Origin: Paramoeba atlantica
Taxonomy: Eukaryota; Protista; Discosea
Length of the DNA: 64,000 nucleotides
Assembly: GCA_977017575.1 (NCBI GenBank)
Contig: CDRNVI010000019.1
Location: 310,001-374,000 of the forward strand
Reading direction: 5' to 3'
Below the pieces are notes generated by a model, which did not search any database, was not told the DNA's origin, and saw nothing but the letters and a program-made list of their open reading frames with translations. This document shows positions 11,108-21,227 of this stretch, one piece after another. How positions within the stretch are numbered: position 1 is the stretch's first letter; every line of letters begins with the position of its first letter. The translations under genes and the position numbers were made by a program.

Positions 11108-11757
11108 AGTATCAAGAAGAAAGTGGGAACTGATATAGCCCTCAATTAGAATGTGAGTCTTCAGGAGTGCGAAAATAACATATCGTAGTTTTTTGAGTAT
11201 AGTGAAACAAACAGTATGTAATTACAAGTAGGTTCAGTAAAATGCGGGGAGATATTCGTCCAGTAAATACAATGGGGAGATAGCCATTTGCTTTGAAGTT
11301 CTGGACCCAAGTCTGACTTTAAGCAAAAGTCAGTGAATTTGACTGAACTTTAAATTACCTTTGACTGTAAAGGGCTCCTTTTTTAACTAAAGGTAAAACC
11401 TTACACAACACGGAGAACTTATTCTCCTAACGCACGCACCAGGACACTTGCATGACAATACAATCAGTCACTAAAGGTACATAAACAGTGCAATTCTAGG
11501 TTTGTTCCACGAGAGACTCACTGATGGTACATAAAGGCTGCAATTCTTTTTTAGTCCACGAGCATTCCTGACTGTATGACTATGCTCAATTGGGACGATG
11601 CGCACGGCCATCTTATAGAGGGAATTCAGAAAAGAATATGATGTTCTGAAGCTTTCCTCTCGCGTTACGACTTTGGAAAATTGTCCTTCAGGGATGAATC
11701 CGATGAAAAGCACGGGTGAAAGCAGTCTGTGAAAATACCCAAAATGGTCTCGCCTGT

Positions 11758-12558
11758 TTAGTGCGATGAACCCGTAGTTTCGTTCGTAGTACGTACTCGC
11801 GGTGCGATGTCAGAAAAGGACTGACCAACGGAACGCATGTCTGCAAGAACTTGTTCGTAGAATCCTCCTATAGAGTACTTCCTAAAATTAAGTGGATTCG
11901 ATGAGCCACTAAGAAATCGTTTCCCTTTATTGTCCGTGCCGTAGTAACTCGTGAATATATTCAAATCATGAATAGGGGCATCTGAGAGACAAATGGCACA
12001 GTTCTGTTGCCCTGGGTCGCCGAGACACTTCTGTGCGGAATCAAGCCGGCATGTACCCTGCGGAGTACATGTCGGGTTAAAACCAACTCCCACGGGGCGA
12101 TAGTCCTTTGAGTATGTGTAGCGACCATTTTCCAAAGTAATGTTGTATACAAGCATGGTCACGATAGCAGGTCCATTACAGCGCTCGTCGTAACTGTCGT
12201 AGACCACAACACTGGACTCCGGTGGATGATCCGAGTCTGGGACCTCCGATGATAAACCGGAGCCGTACAGCCACAGTCGACTACTCGTTGGAGAAGAACT
12301 CGATGTTGGGTTAAACAGGGAGCTGAGAGAAAATGAATCCGGTGACCTGGCTAACCAGAGTGCGGAGCCTCTTAATTCAAAGCATTGGAATCGGTCAATG
12401 TCGGCTAGAAAATTGTAGAGTTGTACTTCGTGAGAGTTCGCATCGCGTAGCATCCAGCGCACATGTAATTTCGACTGATCGCGTGAGCATGATGAATTCG
12501 TCCAGGGGCGACAGACAGAAGTTGCTTGCAGAGAAAGGACAAAATATGAAGATATCAT
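11758..12558 (-). CDS. Hypothetical protein
   Basis: 266-aa ATG-initiated ORF on the coding strand with a Cys-rich segment. No family recognised. Confidence 0.5.
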   Translation of the reverse strand: MISSYFVLSLQATSVCRPWTNSSCSRDQSKLHVRWMLRDANSHEVQLYNFLADIDRFQCFELRGSALWLARSPDSFSLSSLFNPTSSSSPTSSRLWLYGSGLSSEVPDSDHPPESSVVVYDSYDERCNGPAIVTMLVYNITLENGRYTYSKDYRPVGVGFNPTCTPQGTCRLDSAQKCLGDPGQQNCAICLSDAPIHDLNIFTSYYGTDNKGKRFLSGSSNPLNFRKYSIGGFYEQVLADMRSVGQSFSDIAPRVRTTNETTGSSH

Positions 12559-12740
12559 TTCACAGGTGCAACCTCGATGTAATCTAAAATATGTTTTTAA
12601 AAATCCGTCGTAATTGTATGATGTATCTTTTCCATTTTAAGAAGAATAGTTATGTGGCTACGTACATTAGCTGCATTTATTGTCCTTTTAACCGGGTCAA
12701 ACCGGCATGCATGACAATATTCCATACAAAAAGAAGGCTC

Positions 12741-13490
12741 CTACATGCCTATTGTTGTGTATCCATACCCTTCCATTCCTCCACTTCCTAGATCTATATC
12801 GTCGCAGTCAAAATCGTTCCGAGTGAAGGACGTTTGTATCGTTGGAACAGGTGGATTGCTGTGAAAATTTGCACTGCTGAAATTTAGCAAAGCTGAATCT
12901 GACCTTTTTGCGCTAGTCGTCGTCAAATGCGAACTATAGCGACTCAGGAGTGACTCGTCGCTGTCATATCCTGCAGTACTAAGCTCGTTGGGCGGTGAAC
13001 TCCGCTTTCTTGTGCATAATATTTTTTTAATTTTTCGTTGTGGTTCCTCCTGTATGATACGGTTTTCTGTGGTATGCCTCGGCAAAGCAGGCGCCCTTCC
13101 TTTTGATTTATTGCGGTCCACTTCATTTATTTCTGAACTGAAATTAGGAATATCGTTTTCATTTAAAAGGACCTCGTCCCACGGGTTAACATCACGAGCT
13201 ACTCTTTCCTCCCCCGTGTCGGTTTCTTCTTTCCCTAAATAATTTTGGGCATTTATTTGATTTTCTACACTTGATAATTTTTTCGAATCTTTTATAAGCT
13301 CTTTGGATAGCTGTTCGTTCTCATATCCTACGTCCCTCGCATCTAACTGTGGGGTGCTAGGTTCGCTTTTCGTAGGTTCGACCTCATAACCTCTTTTCAG
13401 CAACGGGAATCGTGTTCGAGGCTGAATAAGAGGAGGTGTGCCTTCCGGAATAGGCCTCGTCAAGTCAAACTCATAGGCAAGAGAAACCAA
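12741..13490 (-). CDS. Hypothetical disordered protein with no in-frame ATG start
   Basis: 249-codon open frame beginning at TTG. In-frame stop at 13500-13502. First in-frame ATG only near the C-terminus. Confidence 0.35.
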   Translation of the reverse strand: MVSLAYEFDLTRPIPEGTPPLIQPRTRFPLLKRGYEVEPTKSEPSTPQLDARDVGYENEQLSKELIKDSKKLSSVENQINAQNYLGKEETDTGEERVARDVNPWDEVLLNENDIPNFSSEINEVDRNKSKGRAPALPRHTTENRIIQEEPQRKIKKILCTRKRSSPPNELSTAGYDSDESLLSRYSSHLTTTSAKRSDSALLNFSSANFHSNPPVPTIQTSFTRNDFDCDDIDLGSGGMEGYGYTTIGM

Positions 13491-13691
13491 AAGAGATTCC
13501 TATGCAGAAGCAAGGCAGAAAGTTACATGCGACTGGACCTAGCTTGTACGCCGGGTATTAAAAAAATCATTTCATTTCAATTAAAATGTGATGTTTATCC
13601 TAAATATATTTTACTAAAGCTAGGGTAGTAAACGTTTTAATAAACAGAATCAGTGAACGCAAATATAATAATTGGTTAAGCACACAAACGC

Positions 13692-14837
13692 TTACACAGG
13701 ACGTAATCCAACTCTGCACAGTTGGAGAACGCTGCGACTGATTGCACGATCTCTTGATTGCTGCTCCCCTTGCGCACATATTCTAGCAAGACAGAATAGA
13801 GCGGCAACCCAATTTCGGCCTACATCATTTAACAACCATTGAAGTGATGTTTCAAGGTACTCTATTTGAAGGGATGGATAAATCGTCAAGTATACACGAG
13901 ACAAGTCCTTGTCTCTCAAAGCATCGACCCTTGAAGTTTGTTGAGCACTTTCATTCGAAACTCCATCTGATGGCGACTTCTTCGGTACCCTACTATGTGA
14001 AGTGCGTATATAATCTTGTGGATTAACGCTTTTCAAAATCCTCAAAACTGAAATGTGCATCCCAATACTTGGGAGAAACTCACTCCTTCGTCTAGCATAA
14101 AATGCGCGCGCGTTAAAGCAAGCTATAATGCGCATGCTAGCAACCCATTCTCCACATGCTGTGGCGGCAGCAGAGGCGCAAGCAAAGGCTTCTTCATGGA
14201 TAAATTTATAAGTGCTCACTGAAGCGGCGGCTTCACGCCATCGTCCAGCCAGGCGAAGACAATGTAACAGAGAAGCTTGCACAGCTAGCACACCACTACG
14301 AGGACCAGTGTGAGACTTCAGTAAATGAGACACTCTAATTGCAGTCTCCCAGCAGGCCACCGCTCCGGGACCTTCACGGCTGTCTAACAGTTTCAACGTG
14401 TAGACAATTTGCTCCGTGCTAAGTGTATTCGACTCCCGATACTGTAAAAGGGCTTGTATTGCGTGACGCCAACTGGTATACCGCTGAGGCTGGTGGTTGG
14501 AAAAGGCTTCGTGGGTTTGCATAGTCAGCATAGAGGAGTTCTTATTTCTTTCATGCCGTAATAAGCTCTCTCTACGGTCCAAGTTATCCATTCTGGAAAC
14601 ATGAGTAGCATGTACGGTGTCCTGAGAAAGCTTGGTACACCTCGGAGAGGCCTTATTCTCCTCTTTGGCATTTAATCGAGACACAAGTCCATCAATCAAT
14701 GAAGATAAATTGCTGGTTTTCGACTGAGCACACGGAAATGCTGTACGTTGTGGCGATGGATTATTCTGGTGGGGAAAGCCTACTCCAACACGGGGTCGCG
14801 TAGATATTGTCCGCAACGACAAATTAATGTTGAACAT
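13692..14837 (-). CDS. Hypothetical protein with possible helical (PPR-like) repeats
   Basis: 381-aa ORF with recurrent W..A motifs (WRHAIQAL, WETAIRV, WREAAAS, WVASMRI, WVAALFC). Family assignment is weak. Confidence 0.6.
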   Translation of the reverse strand: MFNINLSLRTISTRPRVGVGFPHQNNPSPQRTAFPCAQSKTSNLSSLIDGLVSRLNAKEENKASPRCTKLSQDTVHATHVSRMDNLDRRESLLRHERNKNSSMLTMQTHEAFSNHQPQRYTSWRHAIQALLQYRESNTLSTEQIVYTLKLLDSREGPGAVACWETAIRVSHLLKSHTGPRSGVLAVQASLLHCLRLAGRWREAAASVSTYKFIHEEAFACASAAATACGEWVASMRIIACFNARAFYARRRSEFLPSIGMHISVLRILKSVNPQDYIRTSHSRVPKKSPSDGVSNESAQQTSRVDALRDKDLSRVYLTIYPSLQIEYLETSLQWLLNDVGRNWVAALFCLARICAQGEQQSRDRAISRSVLQLCRVGLRPV

Positions 14838-15070
14838 CGTGGGCGGCGCTAAAGAATGGCGAACTTCGAATAAGCATTGGTTTGCAAGCTTTTAGTCTAA
14901 AACGACAAAAAAAATATTCCTTAGTTAAAAAAATACTTATTGAACGACAAGCTTTCAAGCTCCACAATACACACCCAATTCGACCCTTGATTACGCGTTC
15001 AAATTTGCATTAACTTTATCTACTGCCCAAATTACACTGGTGCGCTAACTCGCAGCCGTAGGAGTGAGCA

Positions 15071-16852
15071 TTAGCTCTCAAGACCGGTCTTAAACGACCA
15101 TCGGCACTCATTCATTTGATAGGTGCATAATTCGGTAAGAATTCGTCTGAACATTGAGTTAGAAATTGATTTCTTCAGAGATTCGTATATGGCAGCAACA
15201 ATTGTTTCTCTCGAGGCGCTTCCGCTGCGCAACACCCTTATGATTACTCGCCTGTATTCGTCCAGCTCTGGTTGTTTCCAGGAGCGCAGCGCGGTTGCAC
15301 GATTCTGCGACAACACTAAGACAAGAGGTTTCAAAGCGGCATAGATCTGAGCCTCAGTCAAACCTCGAAGAGAAGAGTTCGGTCGTATCCTCTCTTCTCG
15401 AATTATCGGCATGATGCGGCTTCCGTGAATTACACCACGGGACGAATATAGCTCCCGAACAAAGGCTTCCACCGCAGTTCGTTGTAGCGGTTGAAGATTG
15501 AGGTCCTCGGATCCCATCTCGGTCTTTACATTCGAAGAACACGCCTTTTTATCCCCGGATTTCGCAGAATTCAATGGCGCTTCCCAGCACATGGTCATAC
15601 TACCATGCTCCTGCTCTCCACAAAGCAGTGCTGAGAAATTCTTCTCGATAGCTGATTCACGAAGACGCCACTGTCGTTCTTGATTGTGGACTATCTCATC
15701 TGGTTCCTCCAAAAAAGGACTTTGTCTCATATGGCTATCATTTTGTCTCGTTTCCCTTAGTAATGATTTACCTCTTAAGTACCATAGTCGCTGACCCAGA
15801 TCTTGGTACGCTATAGAAGAAAACGCATGATCGACCATCTCGCCGTACCGCTTCGGAAACAGCGTCATAGCTTCCCCTTTGCGCAAAGCCCCATCACGAC
15901 TTCGATAAAAAAGCAACATGATGTACTCACGTACAAAATAAAATTCCGCGCCGCGTACAACGCAATCTTTTTGGCAAACCCATACCCCGTGTATGAGTAC
16001 AGAGCATTGTTCCAAGGCTACCAACACGGTACTAATAAGTGCATCCACCCCCTTAACATGAGTCTCAGGTACTTGAAGAAGACTTCGCAACGTATGCAAG
16101 GAAATTACTTGGGCCGATAGCAACATGCCGTAAACTTGATCCTGTATGGAGTACGCCGACAAGACTGAGATCGTTGGCAAAGTCTTGGAAGATACAAGGG
16201 GGCAGTTTTGGAGCAATAAATTAGGAACTACACCGGAGAATTTTCTTCCCGATGGCGGTGCAAATAGAAGCGACTCCAACTCCCCTAGGGCGTTTAAAAA
16301 TAATCGCGGTATGAATGAGTAGGAACTTGATCGCTCACACCCCCGTTCGGCGAAAAACAAACTTCGTCGTGCCAAACCATTCGCAGAATGCGAGCGACCC
16401 TGAATAGACTCGTCGGCATCGGAGACAGACTCGGCCATTTCCCTCTGATTCGTAACTTCGCGACTATTCGCGACAGAGGTTCCCTCAGGAATCTCAGGTC
16501 GAAGTAACTGTACGTAGGAAATCGGGTTTAAGTGTAATTCGCCGCTACGAAAAATCCCTACGTAGTTTTGCACTAGCTCTTCCTTCGGAATGTGATAGTT
16601 CGATAATTTGAAGGCATGAGTGTCACATGATATAGAAGAGGAGGAAAACGCAGTTGATACGTCCATTAACTCCTCTAGAAACATGGTCATGCGATGCGTC
16701 TCATTGGTGAGTTCAACCCGTGTGACGTGATCTAGTTTATAAGCTCGATCCACGGGGCGTAGGGGAAACTGCACCAGATGAAGCACCCCCGGAGGGCTTG
16801 GATTTATATAAACATCCAACTCAAACTCCACAGGATCTTCGGCGACTTTCAT
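15071..16852 (-). CDS. RPC5: RNA polymerase III subunit RPC5 (Sin-like)
   Basis: N-terminal DPVEFELDVY..LHLVQFPLRP matches the RPC5/C37 N-terminal signature; 593 aa. Confidence 0.75.
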   Translation of the reverse strand: MKVAEDPVEFELDVYINPSPPGVLHLVQFPLRPVDRAYKLDHVTRVELTNETHRMTMFLEELMDVSTAFSSSSISCDTHAFKLSNYHIPKEELVQNYVGIFRSGELHLNPISYVQLLRPEIPEGTSVANSREVTNQREMAESVSDADESIQGRSHSANGLARRSLFFAERGCERSSSYSFIPRLFLNALGELESLLFAPPSGRKFSGVVPNLLLQNCPLVSSKTLPTISVLSAYSIQDQVYGMLLSAQVISLHTLRSLLQVPETHVKGVDALISTVLVALEQCSVLIHGVWVCQKDCVVRGAEFYFVREYIMLLFYRSRDGALRKGEAMTLFPKRYGEMVDHAFSSIAYQDLGQRLWYLRGKSLLRETRQNDSHMRQSPFLEEPDEIVHNQERQWRLRESAIEKNFSALLCGEQEHGSMTMCWEAPLNSAKSGDKKACSSNVKTEMGSEDLNLQPLQRTAVEAFVRELYSSRGVIHGSRIMPIIREERIRPNSSLRGLTEAQIYAALKPLVLVLSQNRATALRSWKQPELDEYRRVIIRVLRSGSASRETIVAAIYESLKKSISNSMFRRILTELCTYQMNECRWSFKTGLES

Positions 16853-17135
16853 ACTACATCTACTTTTAGAACTGAAAAGAACGAATGAGCATTTCTTTAA
16901 TTTATTGTTGAAGATTTCTGTATTAAAAAAGATATTTTATGGAGAGGCAAACACTGTAACCTAAGTTTAATTCCTGTAGTTCAATTCATGTAACACAACT
17001 GTCCAACATAGAGGATTGCAATTAGCTCACAAACTAATCCGCTTTCCTACATAAACTTTTTCTACAGTAGCGTTTACATTGTAATTTTAGTGCGTATGTT
17101 TGCAACACACAAACTTTTTCAGCAAAGAACTTTGC

Positions 17136-19256
17136 TTAAAGACTAAGTGGTCGTAATTCATGAGTCCTATTACGAGAAAACACCACACTGGAGACAAACA
17201 CTCCAATTGCAATGGACAATGCGACGGTCATGACAGAAATAGCGAACGGTCCCCCAGTTTCTGCCCCTACGATAGACATTGTGGCTCCTCGAACTCCGAG
17301 ACCCCCGGGCACTAAAAGCAAAATACCGTTCAATACGGGGATAATGCTTGGGCGCTTCTTGTAGATGGCGTACAGATTGCCGAGGGTCGCAATGACAAAC
17401 GCCGAACAGGTTGTTGCAATCTCAGGTGAGCAACGCATTTCGCATAACATATGAACTGCGAATCCTACGGTAGAAACCACAATCTGAATCGGCAATTGTT
17501 TAAATGAGCTATTCAAAAGAATGCCGAAACACAGTGCAAGTATCGGAAAAAGTGCCAAAGCCACAAGAGGGAGGTCTACGGAGACCACGACATGAGGATG
17601 TATATGAAGATTGGCAGTCTCCGCCCAAGCGAGTTGTGATCCGATCGTTATTCCAATGGCATACAGGATTACCTTGAACATAGCATAAACCATGCGTGTT
17701 GTACCCGTTACTATTTGTCCCTGTGAAAGTTCCATGACTGATGTGGTCAGAGATAGACCAGGAAGAAGCCACACCATACTTCCAAGCACACTGGGATAAA
17801 AGGCAACTTTGTCTGTCACATAGACTTGGATCAAGCGGACGGCCGCGGCACAAATAATTGTGCTAAAAAATCCCCCAAGCTGATTAAGTTTTGGTGTAAT
17901 TTTAGCCTCGATACGTTGGTCCATGATTCCAACGAACAACCCGAGACCTGAAGCAAATACTGCATCCTCCCAACTTCCACCGAACAAGGCGAGTGTGCTT
18001 ACCCCTCCTGCAAATATGAAGGCCAACAGCGTGACCCACAAAGCCCAAGGGTCATTTTTCATCATAATGCGGTCGAGCTCTTGAATACCTTCCTGAAGTC
18101 CCTCGCCCACGTACGTCCCCTCCGCACAGTTTCGCGCAATGTCATCAATCTTCTCTAGTTTCGCAAGGTTGTATCCCCCGGTGGTATCGACAAACATGGT
18201 TTCATTCGCCCCATGGGTGCCAAACGTAACCAAAACATGGTTGGGCATGGTCTTAAACGTGGACGGAAGACCCAGCCCCTCGGAGGCCAGTCGCAGACTC
18301 TCATCCACGTGGTGGGCGGGACACCCGTAGAGCTGGTACAGCTGCGCCATTCGAATCAGGAAGTCCTCTTTTCGGACAATCTCTACGGCATCGTTCATGG
18401 TGATCGGGCGGTGCATTGCGGCGACCAGGGCGCGGGGGCTTAAGCTGGGGGGGTAGGACTCGAGGTAACCCCCGGGGTGCTGTTGTTGCATCGCACTCAT
18501 GCGTTGGACCTCTCCTAAATCGAGTTGAAGAGAGGGGAGGGACATGCGGTCGTTTGGCATGGTATCGGCGCGGTTTCGAGGGGTGGGAGGCTCGTAGGAG
18601 TGGGGCATCGGCGAGGACATGGGAGAGGCCATAGCGATCTCTGGTTTTTCCTCGGACTGGCAAGGGGAGGGCGTCGCGGGTAAGGATTCAGAACTTCGTA
18701 GTCCGCTGGTCTCAGGGGTGGAGGAGGGTAGAGGGGGACTGGTGGGGTCCGTGCTACATGCGGGCTGAAGGAGAGAGGTCGGTCCGTGTTCATCTGGGGT
18801 GTCAGGGAGACTTTCCATAGTTGGCGTGTGTGGCGGACTTCGAATGTAGCTGTGCCCTGCTGCGTGCAAATGGCTGGCATAAGGTGAAGCGACCGGAGGA
18901 GAGTCCGCCTCGTGCCTGCCGTCGAGCATTCGAAGAGAATTGGGTGAGGCCATGGAGTTTGGCGGTGCATAGAAATTTGAAAAACTGCCTTGGCGTCCAG
19001 GGGATTGTGGCATGGCGTAACTGGAGGTGCCCATGACGGGCCTCGTCTGTAAGAGTTCGAAAGGTGCGGCTGGTGATTGGCCTTTAAGAAGGCTCAACGA
19101 TGGACTTTTGCGCTTTTTAGAGGAAGTGGACTTATTGGTTTTCGAAGACCCGTTTTTCTCTACGGGGAGATCAGAGACACTGGGGGATGGGCTAATGCCA
19201 AATGAAGCGACTTCAGAGTGTGAAGAAATCTTCTTTTTTGAAGATGCAGGAGTCAT
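17136..19256 (-). CDS. ThrE/PRM10-type threonine/serine exporter-family membrane protein
   Basis: Long disordered Ser/Pro N-terminus, then YGCPAHHVDESL, YNLAKL, LLPGLSLTTSVMEL..GTTR and LLLVPGGLG, with about 10 TM segments. First ATG at 19256. Confidence 0.8.
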   Translation of the reverse strand: MTPASSKKKISSHSEVASFGISPSPSVSDLPVEKNGSSKTNKSTSSKKRKSPSLSLLKGQSPAAPFELLQTRPVMGTSSYAMPQSPGRQGSFSNFYAPPNSMASPNSLRMLDGRHEADSPPVASPYASHLHAAGHSYIRSPPHTPTMESLPDTPDEHGPTSLLQPACSTDPTSPPLPSSTPETSGLRSSESLPATPSPCQSEEKPEIAMASPMSSPMPHSYEPPTPRNRADTMPNDRMSLPSLQLDLGEVQRMSAMQQQHPGGYLESYPPSLSPRALVAAMHRPITMNDAVEIVRKEDFLIRMAQLYQLYGCPAHHVDESLRLASEGLGLPSTFKTMPNHVLVTFGTHGANETMFVDTTGGYNLAKLEKIDDIARNCAEGTYVGEGLQEGIQELDRIMMKNDPWALWVTLLAFIFAGGVSTLALFGGSWEDAVFASGLGLFVGIMDQRIEAKITPKLNQLGGFFSTIICAAAVRLIQVYVTDKVAFYPSVLGSMVWLLPGLSLTTSVMELSQGQIVTGTTRMVYAMFKVILYAIGITIGSQLAWAETANLHIHPHVVVSVDLPLVALALFPILALCFGILLNSSFKQLPIQIVVSTVGFAVHMLCEMRCSPEIATTCSAFVIATLGNLYAIYKKRPSIIPVLNGILLLVPGGLGVRGATMSIVGAETGGPFAISVMTVALSIAIGVFVSSVVFSRNRTHELRPLSL

Positions 19257-19629
19257 CAATTGCGAGATTCACGAATCTCTGGATCAAAACTGTGCCAATG
19301 CGAAGCTCTCACGAAGCATCCAGCCTAATAGGGAGTTAAATCTATAAAAAAAAATATAAAAAAGACTAAAAAATGAAATCTATTGAAAACAACTTATTCC
19401 TATTTTTATAATATAGCTAGTGTACGACTTTTTGACATCAAATAATGGATGATTGGTTACAATACTGGGTCTTTCCTTCCAATATGCTATAAAGACTATT
19501 TACAGAGATTTCCAATGCCGTACAGACGTTTCAAAAGTGGTACACATGTTGTAGTTAGTGATAGTTCAAGACACTGTCTTTAGATACATGTGGGTGATCA
19601 ATAGTTTATAACTAATAATTTTAAGGCTT

Positions 19630-20832
19630 TCAAGAGCCAATAAGCGGGCAATCAAGTTTATGTCTTAATTTTCGTATAATGAACAAGTTCCCTTCCTGTC
19701 TTTTGGCACGTGCGAGGACTCTTTCCTGCATTTGCATGTTAGCAGGCGATATTTTACCTCCTTTCTTGAGGAAAGGTCGAACCAATTCTTTCTGATGGGT
19801 GCGCATATAGGGAATGACTTGTAGCTTGCTTTTCTTTTGCATTTTCTTGAGCTTGTTCTTTATTTTCATTTTTTGTGATTGAATTCTTTTTCTATTTGAT
19901 AGAAGAGCCTTGGATGTATTTTTTGTTTTATTTGGATTTAGCGGCGGGGGTTTAAGAAATATTCTTAATGCTTCTATTTGATTCGTCTTCGCAGTAAGTC
20001 CGTCCTTTTCCTTATTGTGTGTAGAATGCTTCGCCTTCTTCTTTGTTCGCTTTTTCTTTTTAGTCGGTCGCAGGCCGCTCCTTCCAATTCCAAGGAGGTG
20101 TACCATTGAAACATTCTGTGGGGTTGGAAGCGGGGGTATGGATGGGACCGATTTTGGTACATCATCAACCTTAGTACTCGACTTTGCTTGTCCCTTCAGC
20201 ACTACTTGAGTCTTCTTGTCATTTGAATGACTACTCGCATTTGAGTCTAAAACAGGAACAGGAACAGAAACAAGTTTTGGAGGATGGAACAAGCGACACG
20301 AAGAATTAGCGCACGCCACTCCGTATGGGCAATTAGGATGTTTTTTCGTGCATTTGGTGTTGCGGCACCATTTCCCAAAAGGACATGGATCACAAGAAAG
20401 ATTGGGACTTGAGTCAACATAGACGAAGTCTGGCCCTTTCTTTTCCTGTGGCTCTCTGCCTACAACCACAAGAGAGTTCGTTTTATTTTCTTTTGACGCC
20501 AAAGTAGGGTGACTAAACGCGCAATCGGGATCGCGGCAACTTTCGCCACGGAGGCACAGGGGATGTTGTAAGCGACAATGAGTATCGGTACATCGGCTTC
20601 CCTGGGGGCAAGGAGGGATAGTGGAGGATGTGCGATACCACCAGGCGGGAACATCTGGCATACGAACTTTCACCTCCTTACGAGCAGCTTTGGGGGACCC
20701 TATTGTCATTACGCACGTTATGAGCTGTCGGCAAGATTCCTTCCATGGCCTGTTTGACTCAACTCGAGCTGCAGACGAACAAAGCAAGAGCGGAAGCCTT
20801 CTCCGCCATGTGCCTAAACAAAGATTTGACAT
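19630..20832 (-). CDS. Tandem CCCH zinc-finger protein (Nab2-type spacing) with basic C-terminus
   Basis: Four C-x5-C-x4-C-x3-H-P units (e.g. CPQGSRCTDTHCRLQHP); Lys-rich tail; Arg/Leu-rich N-terminus. Confidence 0.75.
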   Translation of the reverse strand: MSNLCLGTWRRRLPLLLCSSAARVESNRPWKESCRQLITCVMTIGSPKAARKEVKVRMPDVPAWWYRTSSTIPPCPQGSRCTDTHCRLQHPLCLRGESCRDPDCAFSHPTLASKENKTNSLVVVGREPQEKKGPDFVYVDSSPNLSCDPCPFGKWCRNTKCTKKHPNCPYGVACANSSCRLFHPPKLVSVPVPVLDSNASSHSNDKKTQVVLKGQAKSSTKVDDVPKSVPSIPPLPTPQNVSMVHLLGIGRSGLRPTKKKKRTKKKAKHSTHNKEKDGLTAKTNQIEALRIFLKPPPLNPNKTKNTSKALLSNRKRIQSQKMKIKNKLKKMQKKSKLQVIPYMRTHQKELVRPFLKKGGKISPANMQMQERVLARAKRQEGNLFIIRKLRHKLDCPLIGS

Positions 20833-21227
20833 GAACCTATTGATCCAGATATTTCACAGTTCTATTGCTTTTTAACCAGATTAAAACTGGCATACATTTT
20901 TTAAAAATATTTCAGAAATACATGTATGCAATGTATGTCATGCTAGAGGTACATGCTTTATACATTCAACTCTGTACAATGCAACTTCTAGTACACTGAG
21001 ATAGTGTACAATACTTTATGCATGGTATAGTATTGAACTTTCCTAACCGAAGTTGTATGTGACGTGTCGTACAAAGAGATGCATGTACACTTGCTTGTAT
21101 TCCGTAGACTAGAAAACAGAACCTCAGAGAAACGTCTATCTATTGCAGAGTTCAACAAATAAACATCTATCTATCACTGAGCGCCTGACACTTCCTGTAT
21201 CACAATTTGCTAGGAACCAGATCACAT

